The notes: generated from the sequence alone by a model not told the origin. DNA of 64,000 nt from Deltaproteobacteria bacterium (GCA_032128115.1 JAQBHB010000018.1:16681-80680), one strand, 5' to 3'; counted from the first letter of the stretch, positions 9,207 through 18,669 are shown. Numbers and translations are program-made.

Positions 9207-10154
9207 TCAGGCTTCCCCTGGGGCAACGAAAGCCACCGCCTCGTCAAGCCCACCCATGGAAGCCAGGCTCTTGCGCTCGACGCCCCGGGCGATCCGACCC
9301 ACCAGCCCGGTGAGCACGCGGCCGGGACCCACCTCGAGAAACCGGCTCACGCCCAGCTCCAGCAGACACTCGATCATCTCGGTAAAGCGCACCGGGGCCG
9401 TCACCTGTTCCGTGAGCAGGGTCGCGAAGCGCGAGGGATCTTCGTTGGGCGACGCCTCCACGTTCGTCACCACGGGAGGACGGGGTTCGCGAAATCGGAT
9501 CCGAGCCAGCTCGTGAGAGAGCTTGTCGGCGGCCGGCTGCATGAGCGCACAGTGGAACGGAGCCGAAACCGACAGGGGGATGGTCCGCCGGGCACCCTCC
9601 TGACGCGCGCGAGAGCACGCCACCTCCACGGCCACCGCATCTCCGGAGATCACGGTCTGCTGGGGCCCGTTGTAGTTGGCCGGAGCCACCTGCCTGCCGG
9701 TCTCCGCGCGGGCCCGCTCACACGCGAACGCCACCTCTTCGGGAGACGACCCCAGCACCGCCGCCATGGCGCCCCGGCCCTCGGGCACGGCCTCCTGCAT
9801 GAACCGCCCCCTGGCGTGGACTGCGCGGACCGCGTCGTCCAAGGAGATGGCGCCGCTGGCCACCAGGGCCGTGTACTCCCCGAGGCTGTGCCCCGCATTG
9901 AAGTCGGGCCTCACCGGGGTGCGCTCCTCGAGCGCGCGCAGCAGCGCCACTCCCGTGGTCAGGATCGCCGGCTGTTGGATCTCGGTGCGCATGAGCTCTT
10001 CCTCGGGTCCCTCGAAGCACAGGCGCGAGAGAGCGAAGCCCAGCACCGCGTCGGCCGCGTCGTACACGTCACGACCCGCCTTCGACGTCTCGTAGACGTC
10101 GAGGCCCATGCCGACCTCCTGGGATCCCTGTCCGGGGAAGAGCAGCGCCAACAC
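9207..10154 (-). CDS. fabD: Malonyl-CoA:ACP transacylase
   Basis: [13 protein letters not shown]...[15 protein letters not shown] active-site motifs. Confidence 0.9.
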   Translation of the reverse strand: MLALLFPGQGSQEVGMGLDVYETSKAGRDVYDAADAVLGFALSRLCFEGPEEELMRTEIQQPAILTTGVALLRALEERTPVRPDFNAGHSLGEYTALVASGAISLDDAVRAVHARGRFMQEAVPEGRGAMAAVLGSSPEEVAFACERARAETGRQVAPANYNGPQQTVISGDAVAVEVACSRARQEGARRTIPLSVSAPFHCALMQPAADKLSHELARIRFREPRPPVVTNVEASPNEDPSRFATLLTEQVTAPVRFTEMIECLLELGVSRFLEVGPGRVLTGLVGRIARGVERKSLASMGGLDEAVAFVAPGEA

Positions 10155-10161
10155 CGAAGGG

Positions 10162-10344
10162 TCACTCCTCGTCGGTCTTCACGACCTCGCGTCCGCGATA
10201 GGTGCCGCAATTGCCACAAACCCGGTGCGGCTGCTTGGGTTCTCCGCACTGGGGGCATTTGCTGCGAGCCGGCATGCCCAGCGAATCGTGGGTGCGTCGG
10301 GAATCGCGCCTGGCTTTCGACGTGCGGCGTTTGGGAACGGCCAT
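10162..10344 (-). CDS. rpmF: 50S ribosomal protein L32
   Basis: [19 protein letters not shown]...[20 protein letters not shown]. Confidence 0.92.
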   Translation of the reverse strand: MAVPKRRTSKARRDSRRTHDSLGMPARSKCPQCGEPKQPHRVCGNCGTYRGREVVKTDEE

Positions 10345-10368
10345 GGTCTCGTCTCCCTCCTGATCCCG

Positions 10369-10944
10369 TCAGCGCCCGCGGCCCGCATTGCCGCGCAAGG
10401 CGGCCAGCGCGGCGAACGGCGAGTCGGACCGGGTCTCCTGGCATTCGCAGTTTTCGACGTTGCGGTCGACCCCGCATTGGGGACACAGACCGATACACTC
10501 TTCTCGACACAGGGGCACCACCGGAAGTCCCAGCGACACCACCTCCGCGAAAAACGCGTCCAGCTGGAGCGTGTGGCCCCGGTACCAGCCCGACTCGAGT
10601 TCTTCTCCGAGACACAGCCCGTCTCGCGCCAGCGCGACGTTGGCTTCCGGCTCCAGCGGCGAACGGCCGCCGGCGGGCTCGAGAACCAATCGGAAACTCT
10701 CGCGGAGCCCGTGACGATAGCGCGCGAGACACCGCCCGCATTCGAGTTCGATTGCGCCCCGGGCGTTTCCCTCGACGAACAGGTTCTCCGCCATCTGGTG
10801 GGCCTCGCCCTCGAACCGAAACGGCTCGGCCAGTTCCAGGGGCAGATCCCGGGACTTCGCAATCACGGCCGCCCACCAGGCCGAGTCGCCCTGGAAGGCG
10901 AAGGGTGCGGGGTCGGCGTTGATCTGATCGACCAGCAGCTTCAT
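10369..10944 (-). CDS. yceD: YceD/DUF177 family protein
   Basis: Conserved position upstream of rpmF. Cys clusters CGRCLARY and CREECIGLCPQCGVDRN. Confidence 0.8.
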   Translation of the reverse strand: MKLLVDQINADPAPFAFQGDSAWWAAVIAKSRDLPLELAEPFRFEGEAHQMAENLFVEGNARGAIELECGRCLARYRHGLRESFRLVLEPAGGRSPLEPEANVALARDGLCLGEELESGWYRGHTLQLDAFFAEVVSLGLPVVPLCREECIGLCPQCGVDRNVENCECQETRSDSPFAALAALRGNAGRGR

Positions 10945-11145
10945 GGCGTGGGGCTTCCGGGTTCCGGCCGGCGCTTTGAGAAGGCCTGCAAAATCAGGAG
11001 CTTATGAAACCCGAATAGCAGAGCCTGACGCCCCGGGCAACACGCGGGGGACCCGCTCCCCCTGCGGGGGCACTAGCGCCCTCCTCCGGTTCCGCCCCCG
11101 GGGCACCTCAGGCAGGACCGCATAGATCCACTACTTTCCCGCGCG

Positions 11146-12552
11146 ATGTCCGTCCGCACCCGCTTCGCGCCCAGCCCCAGCGGCTTCCTGCACGTGGGCT
11201 CGGCCCGCACGGCCCTGTTCAACTGGGCCTTCGCGAGGCGCCATGGAGGCGCGTTGGTATTGCGCATCGAGGACACGGATCGAGAGCGCTCCACCCGGGA
11301 GTCGGAGCAGGGCATCGTCGACGGCCTCGGCTGGCTGGGCATCGACTGGGACGAGGGCCCCCTGCGCCAGAGCGAGCGTCGCGCGTGCCACGACGACGCC
11401 ATCGAGGACCTGCTTGCGCGCGAGCGCGCCTATCGTTGCCGTTGCACGCCCGACGAACTCGAGGAGCGCAAGCGGGCCACCATCGCGCGCGGCGAAAAGT
11501 GGACCTACGACGGCCGCTGTCGCGACCTGGGGCTGGGCTCCGACTGTGGCTCCCACAGCGTGCGACTGCGCCTGCCCGAAGAGGGCCAGCTCGCGTGGGA
11601 CGACGCGGTCTTTGGCGCGAGCGGCCAGGACGCCCGCGAGATCGGCGACCGCATCATCCGCCGCAGCGACGGCGCGCCCCTGTATCACCTGGCCGTGGTG
11701 GTGGACGATCTGGACATGCAGATCAGCCACGTGATCCGTGGCGCCGACCATCACGCCAACACCCCGTTCCAGATCGCCATCTACCGGGCCCTGGAACGCG
11801 ATCCCCCCCTGTTCGCCCACGTCCCGTTGATCGTGGGCCCGGGCGGCAAGAAGCTCTCCAAGCGCAAGGACCCGGTTTCCGTCGAGCAGTTCCGCGACGA
11901 GGGCTACCTGCCCGCTGCCATGACCAACTGGCTCGTGCGCATCGGCTGGTCCCACGGCGACCAGGAAGTGTTCTCGATGCAGGAGATCCGCGAGCTGTTC
12001 GATCTCGGCTCCGTGAACCGCGCCAGCGCCCAGGCCGATCCGGCGAAACTCTCGTCGCTGAATCACCACACCATCGGGGCGCTGCCCCGGGACGAACTGG
12101 TGGCGCGATTGCTTCCGTTCCTTGCGGCTCTGGCGGGGCGAACGGTAATGCCCTCCCCAGAGCTCTTGACGCTCGTGGATCTGTTGCGCGAGCGCAGCAA
12201 GACGCTGGTGGAAATGGCCGATCACGCCCGCTTCCTGGTGCTTGACGAGATCCCCTACGAGGAGAAGGCGGCCCGCAAGCACCTCGGCAAGACCGTCGAG
12301 CCCCTGCTGCGAGAGATGCACGACGGTCTGGCGGCCCTGAAAGCCTGGAACGAGGAAACGATCTCCGCGGTCTTCGAGGAGGTGCGGGCCCGGCACGGGG
12401 ACCTGGGAATGGGCAAGCTCGCCCAGCCGATCCGGGTCGCCATCACCGGGCGGGCCGTTTCGCCGGGGATCTTCGAGACCCTGACGGTTCTGGGCAAGAC
12501 CCGTTCCGTGGGCCGGATCGCCGAGGCCCTGCACTACGTGCGCCACGGTTGA
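11146..12552 (+). CDS. gltX: Glutamyl-tRNA synthetase
   Basis: RTRFAPSPSGFLHVGSARTALFNWAFAR (HIGH-type motif), LRIEDTDRERS, KLSKRK (KMSKS-type motif). Confidence 0.92.
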   Translation: MSVRTRFAPSPSGFLHVGSARTALFNWAFARRHGGALVLRIEDTDRERSTRESEQGIVDGLGWLGIDWDEGPLRQSERRACHDDAIEDLLARERAYRCRCTPDELEERKRATIARGEKWTYDGRCRDLGLGSDCGSHSVRLRLPEEGQLAWDDAVFGASGQDAREIGDRIIRRSDGAPLYHLAVVVDDLDMQISHVIRGADHHANTPFQIAIYRALERDPPLFAHVPLIVGPGGKKLSKRKDPVSVEQFRDEGYLPAAMTNWLVRIGWSHGDQEVFSMQEIRELFDLGSVNRASAQADPAKLSSLNHHTIGALPRDELVARLLPFLAALAGRTVMPSPELLTLVDLLRERSKTLVEMADHARFLVLDEIPYEEKAARKHLGKTVEPLLREMHDGLAALKAWNEETISAVFEEVRARHGDLGMGKLAQPIRVAITGRAVSPGIFETLTVLGKTRSVGRIAEALHYVRHG

Positions 12553-12609
12553 GGAAGGGGCTGACGTCCGTTATAGAGGTGGACAGCTCGCGGCCCGACC
12601 GCACTGCAC

Positions 12610-12683
12610 TCCCTGGTCGTCTAACGGCAGGACAGCGGACTCTGAATCCGTGAATGGAGGTTCGAATCCTCCCCGGGGATCCA
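12610..12683 (+). tRNA. tRNA-Gln (anticodon CTG), CCA encoded
   Basis: Hand-folded. Acceptor TCCCTGG/CCGGGGA with U1-A72, D arm GTCT..GGAC, anticodon stem GCGGA/TCCGT with loop CTCTGAA, T arm GGAGG-TTCGAAT-CCTCC. Confidence 0.85.
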
Positions 12684-12711
12684 ATCTACCCACCTGGCTC
12701 CAGTCGAGTTC

Positions 12712-13443
12712 CTAGCTGTTCTCGAGTTCTTCGTCGATCATCTTCTTGAAGGCATCGTAGGGCTGGGCGCCCGAGAAGAAGCGACCGTTGATGAAGAAGC
12801 CGGGGGTCCCGCTGACGCCCAGGCGGCGGGCCTCTTCCATGTCCTGGGCCACCCGCGCCTTCACTGCCGCCGAGGCGGCGTCCGCCCGGTAGCGGTCCAT
12901 GTCGAGCCCCATCTCCTCGGCGTACTCCTCGAACTTGGCCGTCTCGAGCTCTCGCTGGTTGGCGAAGATCGCGTCGTGCATTTCCCAGAATTTGCCCTGC
13001 CTGTGAGCCGCTTCCGAGGCCGCGTGGGCCGCCGGCGCCTTGGGGTGGATGCTGAGCGGAAGATGCTTGAAGACGATGCGCACCTGGTCGCCGTAGGTCT
13101 GTTCGATCTGGTCCAGGGTGGGCGAGACGCGTCCGCAGAAGGGGCATTGGAAGTCGCTGAACTCCACGATCGAAACCGCGGCCGATTCCGGCCCACGGAC
13201 GGGAGAGCCCGCGGTGCTCACCTCGTAGCGCTTGGCAGGGTCCGGACGTCCAGTGGGAGCCGCAGCGGGCCGACTGGGCTGGCGGCCCGCCTCGGGGTTG
13301 ATACCGGCCAGCACCGTCCGCACCGACTCGATTTCGGTGGCCGCCCGATTGACCGAGTTCGTGATCAGCAGACTCCCGCCAACGAAGCAGGCACCGAGAA
13401 TGGAAGCCGCAACCACGAGCAGGACACCCGTTCTGTCATCCAA
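12712..13443 (-). CDS. Membrane-anchored DsbA-family thiol:disulfide oxidoreductase
   Basis: This is the C-terminal part of a spurious 641-aa ORF-track entry. The real start is probably TTG at 13441-13443, preceded by GGAGGT. N-terminal TM helix (VLLVVAASILGACFVGG) and a thioredoxin fold with EFSDFQCPFCGR and GVSGTPGFFING. Confidence 0.75.
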   Translation of the reverse strand: MDDRTGVLLVVAASILGACFVGGSLLITNSVNRAATEIESVRTVLAGINPEAGRQPSRPAAAPTGRPDPAKRYEVSTAGSPVRGPESAAVSIVEFSDFQCPFCGRVSPTLDQIEQTYGDQVRIVFKHLPLSIHPKAPAAHAASEAAHRQGKFWEMHDAIFANQRELETAKFEEYAEEMGLDMDRYRADAASAAVKARVAQDMEEARRLGVSGTPGFFINGRFFSGAQPYDAFKKMIDEELENS

Positions 13444-13466
13444 GATCCGTACCTCCGATTTCGAGT

Positions 13467-14348
13467 TCAGAAGGGTAACGCGGTATGGGGCGGAGCGAGA
13501 ACCACCAGGATCGCCCCCAGCGCGATGGCCGGGCCGAATCCGAAGGGGGCGTTCCAGTGGCGCGTGACAGCCGCCCAGCCCACCCCGAGCACCAGGCCGG
13601 CCAGAGAGGCGGTCAGGATGGTCTCCAGCGCGCCCAGGGGACCCAGCACGGCGCCGATCATGGCCAGCAACTTCACGTCGCCGAAGCCCACCCCGGGAAA
13701 CCAGGTCCAGTAATCCAGGCTGCCAGGGACGGGCATCGCCTCGCCCTCGCCGGGCCAGTGCTCGAATCGCCGCCCCGCAGCCGTGGAGACCCGGGCGTGG
13801 ACGAATCCCACCGTCCAGATCAAGCCCCCGCCCACCAGGGCGCCGCCGACGGCGTGCAGCACGGCGCTGGCCAGGGGCGTCCCGGTCAGGGTCTGTACGG
13901 CCGGAACGATGACCGCCGCCAGGGCGAGCCCTCCCACGGAGATCTCGTCGGGGATGATGCGGTGATCGAAGTCGATGGCCGCGGCGGCCACCAGGGCCGC
14001 AGTGAAAGCAAACCACACCGGAGTCATGGCGGTCGCGCCGTAGCGGAGCGCGATGCCCAGGAACAACAGGCCCGTCAGCAGCTCGATGGCCGGATAGCGC
14101 AGCGAGATCCGGGCACGGCAGTGGCGGCAGCGGCCGCGCAGCCACAGATACGAGAGCACCGGAACGTTGTCCCAGGGCGCCACCGCGTGCTGGCAATGCG
14201 GGCAGTGGGATCCGGGCCGGACCAGGGATTCGCCCCGGGGTAGCCGGTGGATCACCACGTTCAGGAACGAGCCCGTCACCAGCCCAAACGCAAACGCCAA
14301 CGCCAGCGCGCCCGGGAAGCCGGGCGGTAGATCGGAGATTGCGGGCAT
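13467..14348 (-). CDS. pilD: Prepilin peptidase / N-methyltransferase (A24 family)
   Basis: GSFLNVVIHRLP..., CPHCQH...RGRCRHCRARIS zinc motif, AAAIDFDHRIIPDE, and FGDVKLLAMIGAVLG catalytic Asp regions. Confidence 0.88.
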   Translation of the reverse strand: MPAISDLPPGFPGALALAFAFGLVTGSFLNVVIHRLPRGESLVRPGSHCPHCQHAVAPWDNVPVLSYLWLRGRCRHCRARISLRYPAIELLTGLLFLGIALRYGATAMTPVWFAFTAALVAAAAIDFDHRIIPDEISVGGLALAAVIVPAVQTLTGTPLASAVLHAVGGALVGGGLIWTVGFVHARVSTAAGRRFEHWPGEGEAMPVPGSLDYWTWFPGVGFGDVKLLAMIGAVLGPLGALETILTASLAGLVLGVGWAAVTRHWNAPFGFGPAIALGAILVVLAPPHTALPF

Positions 14349-14381
14349 CGATGACGAGGGTAGCAGTCGCGGCGTTGCGAC

Positions 14382-15158
14382 TCAGCGGAAGTCGCGACGT
14401 TCGAAGAGGAGGACCGCACCCACCAGCAGGATCGAGACGTAGCCCACGCCGTACACCAGCGGAAGAACGACGTCGGACGCCGTGACCGGCAGTCCGTGGG
14501 CCGCTTCCACGGTCAGGTTGAAGCTCTCCAGGTCGGGCAGCACGCGATGCAGGGCCGCCGTCGCGTTCTTGATCGACGGGAGGTCCGAGTTGGCCCCGAT
14601 GTCGCGCAGAGCGCGGGTCAGATGGCCCACGAACCACACGCCGGCGGAAAAGAACGACGCCAGCATGGGCGTGGTGAATGCCGAGAAGAGCGTGGCCACC
14701 GCCACCACCAGGGCCAGCTCGACGGCAATCAGCAGGAAGGCGGCGGCGTGGGCGACGGTCAGTGGCGCCCCCGTGGCCAGAGAGACCAGCACGAAAGCTG
14801 CGATCATGATGGCGGCCTGCAACCAGATGGTGAGCACCAGCCCCACGTACTTGCCCAGCAGGAACTCCACACGCGACAGGGGCTTCGACAAGATGGTGTA
14901 GACGGTACGGCGGTCCACCTCCTTGTGGATCAGGTTCACCCCCACGAAGATCGCGATGGCCACGCCGAACAGGCGCACCGACGCGAGCCCCACGTCCTGG
15001 AGGATGCGCTCGCTCTCCACGTACGAGAGCGACGAAAGCAACACGCCCGCCAGGATCAGGCCCACGGCGAACAGGAGCAACACGTACAGGAGCTTGTTGC
15101 GGATCGCCTCGCGCACGGTGTTGCTGGCAATGGTCCAGATGCGGAGGGCGGCCCTCAT
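14382..15158 (-). CDS. pilI: ABC-2 type transporter permease (pilI position)
   Basis: 258 aa and polytopic. ATGA overlap with the upstream ATPase. Sits between the ATPase and pilD, as in the Myxococcus xanthus pil cluster. Confidence 0.6.
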   Translation of the reverse strand: MRAALRIWTIASNTVREAIRNKLLYVLLLFAVGLILAGVLLSSLSYVESERILQDVGLASVRLFGVAIAIFVGVNLIHKEVDRRTVYTILSKPLSRVEFLLGKYVGLVLTIWLQAAIMIAAFVLVSLATGAPLTVAHAAAFLLIAVELALVVAVATLFSAFTTPMLASFFSAGVWFVGHLTRALRDIGANSDLPSIKNATAALHRVLPDLESFNLTVEAAHGLPVTASDVVLPLVYGVGYVSILLVGAVLLFERRDFR

Positions 15159-16114
15159 CGCACGTCCTCCGTCTCGGCGCTCTTTGCGACCGCCGACAGG
15201 AAGATCGACTCCAGGGAGACCCGGTGCGGCGTTACCGAGAGCACCTGGGCGTTGGCGTCCAGTGCCGTGCGCAGCACGCCGGTCACGTCCTTCTCGTTCA
15301 CCCGAAGCTCGATGCGGTCCCCGTGGCCGCGCAGGTTGGCCCCCAGACGCTCCTCCAGGTTCGCGGCTGCCTCTGCCGGAAGCCCCGCCACGACTACGTC
15401 CACCTCGCGTTCATCGCCCTCCAGGAAGTCTTCGATGGCCCCCTCGTAGGTGATGCGCCCGGCCACGATGATGGCCACCCGGTCGCACACCATTTCCACG
15501 TCCGAGAGGATGTGGGTGTTCATGAAGACCGTCTTGCCCTCGCCGCGCAGGCGCAAGATCACGTCGCGGATGTCCTTGCGACCGATGGGGTCGAGTCCGC
15601 TCATGGGCTCGTCCAGGAACACAACGCGCGGATCGTGCACCAGGGCCTGGGCGATCCCGACCCGCTGGAGCATGCCCTTGGAGTAGGTGCAAAGGCGGGC
15701 GTCGGCCGCGTGGCCGAGACCCACCCAGTCGAGCAGCATGTCCACGCGCTCCGCGCGGTGCGACCCCATCAGACCGGAGAGCTTGGCGTAGAAGCCCAGG
15801 ATCTCGCGTCCGGTGAGGTAATCGTAGAAATAGGGGTTCTCGGGCAGAAAACCGATGTGGCGGCGAAACTCCCGTTCGCGCACGCCGCAGCCCAGGATGC
15901 GGGCCTCGCCCGCGCTGGCGCGGATCAATCCCATCAGCACCTTGAGGGTGGTGGTCTTGCCGGCGCCGTTCGGCCCCACGAATCCGAAGATCTCGCCCTC
16001 GCGGACGTTGAACGTGATGCCGTGGAGCACCCGCTTCTTGCGCAGCCCGAAGCCGGGCCGGAAGTCCTTCACGACTCCCTCGACCTGAACGATCGTCTGC
16101 GATGCCGGACTCAT
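15155..16114 (-). CDS. pilH: ABC transporter ATP-binding protein (pilH position)
   Basis: Walker [10 protein letters not shown], signature [14 protein letters not shown], Walker [13 protein letters not shown] prefer the ATG at 16112-16114 (ATGA overlap with the upstream stop) over the ORF-track start at 16135. Confidence 0.8.
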   Translation of the reverse strand: MSPASQTIVQVEGVVKDFRPGFGLRKKRVLHGITFNVREGEIFGFVGPNGAGKTTTLKVLMGLIRASAGEARILGCGVREREFRRHIGFLPENPYFYDYLTGREILGFYAKLSGLMGSHRAERVDMLLDWVGLGHAADARLCTYSKGMLQRVGIAQALVHDPRVVFLDEPMSGLDPIGRKDIRDVILRLRGEGKTVFMNTHILSDVEMVCDRVAIIVAGRITYEGAIEDFLEGDEREVDVVVAGLPAEAAANLEERLGANLRGHGDRIELRVNEKDVTGVLRTALDANAQVLSVTPHRVSLESIFLSAVAKSAETEDVR

Positions 16115-17076
16115 CCCTCGGCCCTCGTTTGCCACGCCCGCAGCGATCTCCAGCGCTCTCGACGACTCTGATCGGCAGGATGGGCGTGCAACTGATACCG
16201 CTTGCGGTAGAAAGACGAGACGATCTCGAGGCTCTGCTCGTCCAGTTGCCAGCGGAAGCCGTCCAGCAGCGGATGGGCGCGGGGCAGAACCGCCAGAACC
16301 GGCTCCGGGCCGGCCACCAGATCCTCCACCCGCTCGATGTCGCGCCCGTGGCGCTCTATGTACTCGTCCCGGGCCTGGTCCAGGAAGCGCGCGGCGCGCT
16401 CCACCTGGATCTCGTCCAGGCTCTTCTCGTATTCGGCCCGCTTGTACTCATCCTCGGTGGTGCCGGCCAGCTCCGCCAGGAAGGCGGCCGCAGTCTCCAG
16501 ACCGACCTGGTCGAGGCGCATTCGGGCCACCAGCGGGCCCAGGTAGGCCGGGCTGCGCGGCAGGGGAATGGCCTCCTCCAGCACGTCCGCGGCCCGCTCG
16601 TTCTCGCCCAGGTAGAAGAAGTGGTTGAAGCCCAGGTGGTAGCGATTGCGCCAGTCCATGGGGTGATGCGCGATCCCCCGCACCAGCAGGCGGTTGGCAG
16701 CGCGCACGTTCTCCTCGCTGTCGGTGAGCCACAGCGCAGCGAAGCGGTAGGGATGGTCGACCCACGGGTCGACGCTGGTCACCACGTCGATGAGGCGCGC
16801 CACCTGTCGACTGGGCAGATCTTCCCCGCCCATGGCACCGCCCACGAGTTGAACGGCGAGAAGCCAGTAGTAGTAGTCGGCGACAACCGCCTCGAATCCC
16901 AGGGCCGCGAGCCGCGCGTGTTCCGGGTCGGGAATGAAGCGCTCCCCCCACTCCGAGGCGATGGGGGCGGTGGTGTCCATCTGCGCGTGGACGAATCCGG
17001 TGGTCGCGATGGCGAGCATCGCGACGATCAGGCGTCCCCACGCCTGGGTGCTGATCTCCCTCCGCCGGCTGGACAC
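16111..17076 (-). CDS. Secreted/periplasmic protein of unknown function at the pilG position
   Basis: 321 aa with an N-terminal signal-like segment (RLIVAMLAIATTGFVHAQ). No family recognised by eye. Lies directly between a pilin gene and the ABC ATPase. Confidence 0.45.
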   Translation of the reverse strand: MSSRRREISTQAWGRLIVAMLAIATTGFVHAQMDTTAPIASEWGERFIPDPEHARLAALGFEAVVADYYYWLLAVQLVGGAMGGEDLPSRQVARLIDVVTSVDPWVDHPYRFAALWLTDSEENVRAANRLLVRGIAHHPMDWRNRYHLGFNHFFYLGENERAADVLEEAIPLPRSPAYLGPLVARMRLDQVGLETAAAFLAELAGTTEDEYKRAEYEKSLDEIQVERAARFLDQARDEYIERHGRDIERVEDLVAGPEPVLAVLPRAHPLLDGFRWQLDEQSLEIVSSFYRKRYQLHAHPADQSRRERWRSLRAWQTRAEG

Positions 17077-17088
17077 GGGATCTTCCGA

Positions 17089-17694
17089 TCAGAACTCGTC
17101 AGTGCCGAAGTTGATGGCGACTTCGTTGTAGACGGGCTGGAGCGACTTTCGGTCGAGCGGCGGCTGGGTGTTGAGCACCGAGGGGCACTCACCCAGAACC
17201 ACGCCGCCATCGCTTCGAGCGGGCTCCACGTACATCACTTCCGAGCCCAGGCCGTCGCCGTCCACATCGCCCACGGCACTCACGGTAAAGCACTCAGAGG
17301 TGGCCGGATCGGCGCCACAGACCGCATCGCAGGCCTCGGCGGTTCCCGTGTTGATCCCGTAGGCGTAGAAGACCTCCCCCATGGGAATCCAGCCCAGGTC
17401 GCTGAAGGCGGTCCTGGCGTCCGCGTCCCAGGGCATCTTGTGGGTGCCGAGCCCGCCATAGCTGGTCCAGTCGGGCTGGGGAAGCGGCGCTTCGACGAAC
17501 ACGTCCCGCTCCGCCTGAAAGCTCTTCAACGAACGAACGATCTCGGCGATGTTGGCGAAGGCCTCGGTCCGCCGCGACTTCGCCTGATAGGACTGGAAGC
17601 CGGGAACGGCGATCGCCGCCAACAGTCCGATGATCGCCACCACGATCATCAACTCGATCAGGGTGAACCCCTGTGTCCGGTTCGCACTACGCAT
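17089..17694 (-). CDS. pilA: Type IV pilin-like protein (paralogue 1)
   Basis: Start moved to ATG 17692-17694, with GAGGAGGA 8 nt upstream. [33 protein letters not shown] is a class III signal peptide with the N-methylation motif. Several Cys in the C-terminal half. Confidence 0.8.
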   Translation of the reverse strand: MRSANRTQGFTLIELMIVVAIIGLLAAIAVPGFQSYQAKSRRTEAFANIAEIVRSLKSFQAERDVFVEAPLPQPDWTSYGGLGTHKMPWDADARTAFSDLGWIPMGEVFYAYGINTGTAEACDAVCGADPATSECFTVSAVGDVDGDGLGSEVMYVEPARSDGGVVLGECPSVLNTQPPLDRKSLQPVYNEVAINFGTDEF

Positions 17695-17727
17695 CCCGCT
17701 TGATCCTCCTCGCCCTGAAACGGCGGA

Positions 17728-17758
17728 GAGGAGGGCCGGCACGAGGCCGACCCTCCTC
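17728..17758 (-). terminator. Strong GC-rich hairpin between the two pilin genes (candidate terminator/attenuator or mRNA stabiliser)
   Basis: Minus-strand RNA GAGGAGGGUCGGC-CUCGU-GCCGGCCCUCCUC forms a 13 bp stem with one G-U pair. It lies about 23 nt after the pilin-2 stop. Only a weak U run (GUUU) follows it. Confidence 0.4.
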
Positions 17759-17780
17759 GAATTGCCACGAACGGCGTGAG

Positions 17781-18317
17781 CTAGAAAATGCTCCGGCCGT
17801 TGCCCGCAGCACATGCCATCACCGTCTCGGCGGCAGTCAGCTGTGCAGACGTGCAGGTGGCGGGCGAGCCGCCCAGGGACTTGCTGTCGATGGAGCCCTT
17901 GCGATAGCCCCAGAGCTGCTGGGTGCCGTCGCCGTCGATGTCGGCAGCCGCGGCAGCGTTGAAGGTAGCGCCACTGACGTTGACGGCGTAGTTGAAGTAC
18001 ACCCGGCCTTCGGGCGACCAGCCGATCAGGTCGAAGCCCTGATTGGCACCGTCCACGTTCGTGAACCCGACCTTGACGTTCTTGCCGTTGGCGGCCGGCG
18101 ACGCGTTGGCCGAGACGTAGGTCCCGAACTCCGCGAACACCGACTCTTCAGCGGTGCGGATGGCGGCGAGGTTGGTCTTGCCCTCGCTGGTCTTGGCCTT
18201 GAGCTGGAACTTCAGAAAGTTCGGAATCGCGATTGCCGCGAGAATTCCGATGATGGCGACCACGATCATCAACTCGATGAGCGTAAAGCCGCCACGGCGC
18301 TTGATGAGCCTTTTCAC
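17781..18317 (-). CDS. pilA: Type IV pilin (paralogue 2, first gene of the cluster)
   Basis: Start moved to GTG 18315-18317, with GAGGAG 5 nt upstream. [34 protein letters not shown] prepilin leader, and a C-terminal Cys pair ([17 protein letters not shown]) typical of the pilin D-region. Confidence 0.85.
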   Translation of the reverse strand: MKRLIKRRGGFTLIELMIVVAIIGILAAIAIPNFLKFQLKAKTSEGKTNLAAIRTAEESVFAEFGTYVSANASPAANGKNVKVGFTNVDGANQGFDLIGWSPEGRVYFNYAVNVSGATFNAAAAADIDGDGTQQLWGYRKGSIDSKSLGGSPATCTSAQLTAAETVMACAAGNGRSIF

Positions 18318-18441
18318 GATAACTCCTCTTATCTGTATCTCGGGCGATTCGCTTTCCAGGGCCCTGAACTCCAGCAGCCCCGACTTGCCGAAAATCGGCT
18401 CAAACAAACGCACGCCCGAATTCCTGATGACCGCGCTTAGA

Positions 18442-18456
18442 GCAATGCGCGTGCCA
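18442..18456 (-). promoter_or_regulatory. Sigma-54 (RpoN) promoter, -24/-12 elements
   Basis: The minus strand reads TGGCACGCGCATTGC. This is an exact TGGCAC-N5-TTGC match with canonical GG/GC spacing. It is correctly oriented, about 125 nt upstream of the pilin-2 start. Confidence 0.6.
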
Positions 18457-18531
18457 AACCGTGGGTTGCGCTTTCATGGATCGGCAGACACCCGGGCGAA
18501 CCTGAGGCGGGAAATGCGTCCCCGGCAGCCT

Positions 18532-18547
18532 GCGGGCGGCCGCCCGC
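18532..18547. promoter_or_regulatory. Perfect 16-bp palindrome upstream of the sigma-54 promoter (candidate enhancer-binding-protein site)
   Basis: GCGGGCGGCCGCCCGC is its own reverse complement. It lies about 80-90 bp upstream of the -24 element. Confidence 0.3.
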
Positions 18548-18600
18548 AACCCCGGTCGAGGGGATCCGGGGGCGGTGCAGTGACGAAACGCGGCGCTCCC

Positions 18601-18619
18601 GGTGACGAGACGCGTCACC
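18601..18619. promoter_or_regulatory. Inverted repeat GGTGACG-N5-CGTCACC (candidate activator site, or a hairpin terminating tRNA-Glu)
   Basis: Perfect 7-bp arms. It is about 150 bp upstream of the sigma-54 -24 element and about 50 nt downstream of the tRNA-Glu 3' end on the same strand. Confidence 0.3.
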
Positions 18620-18669
18620 CCAGGGGGGAGCTGAATCCCGGTTCCAGAGCGGATCGAGGCTGAGAGGGG

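Noticed and set aside
12712-14637. A 641-aa ORF-track entry spanning the DsbA-like gene, pilD and part of the permease. Similar very long ORFs include 35963-39031 (1022 aa), 8829-10922 (697 aa), 28298-30073 and 4762-6264.
   Set aside because: In GC-rich DNA, stop codons are rare in wrong frames. These ORFs are Arg/Pro/Gly/Ala-rich, run antisense to or out of frame with genes that have clear family signatures, and contain recognisable protein only in their terminal part. I trimmed them to internal starts with an RBS or ignored them.
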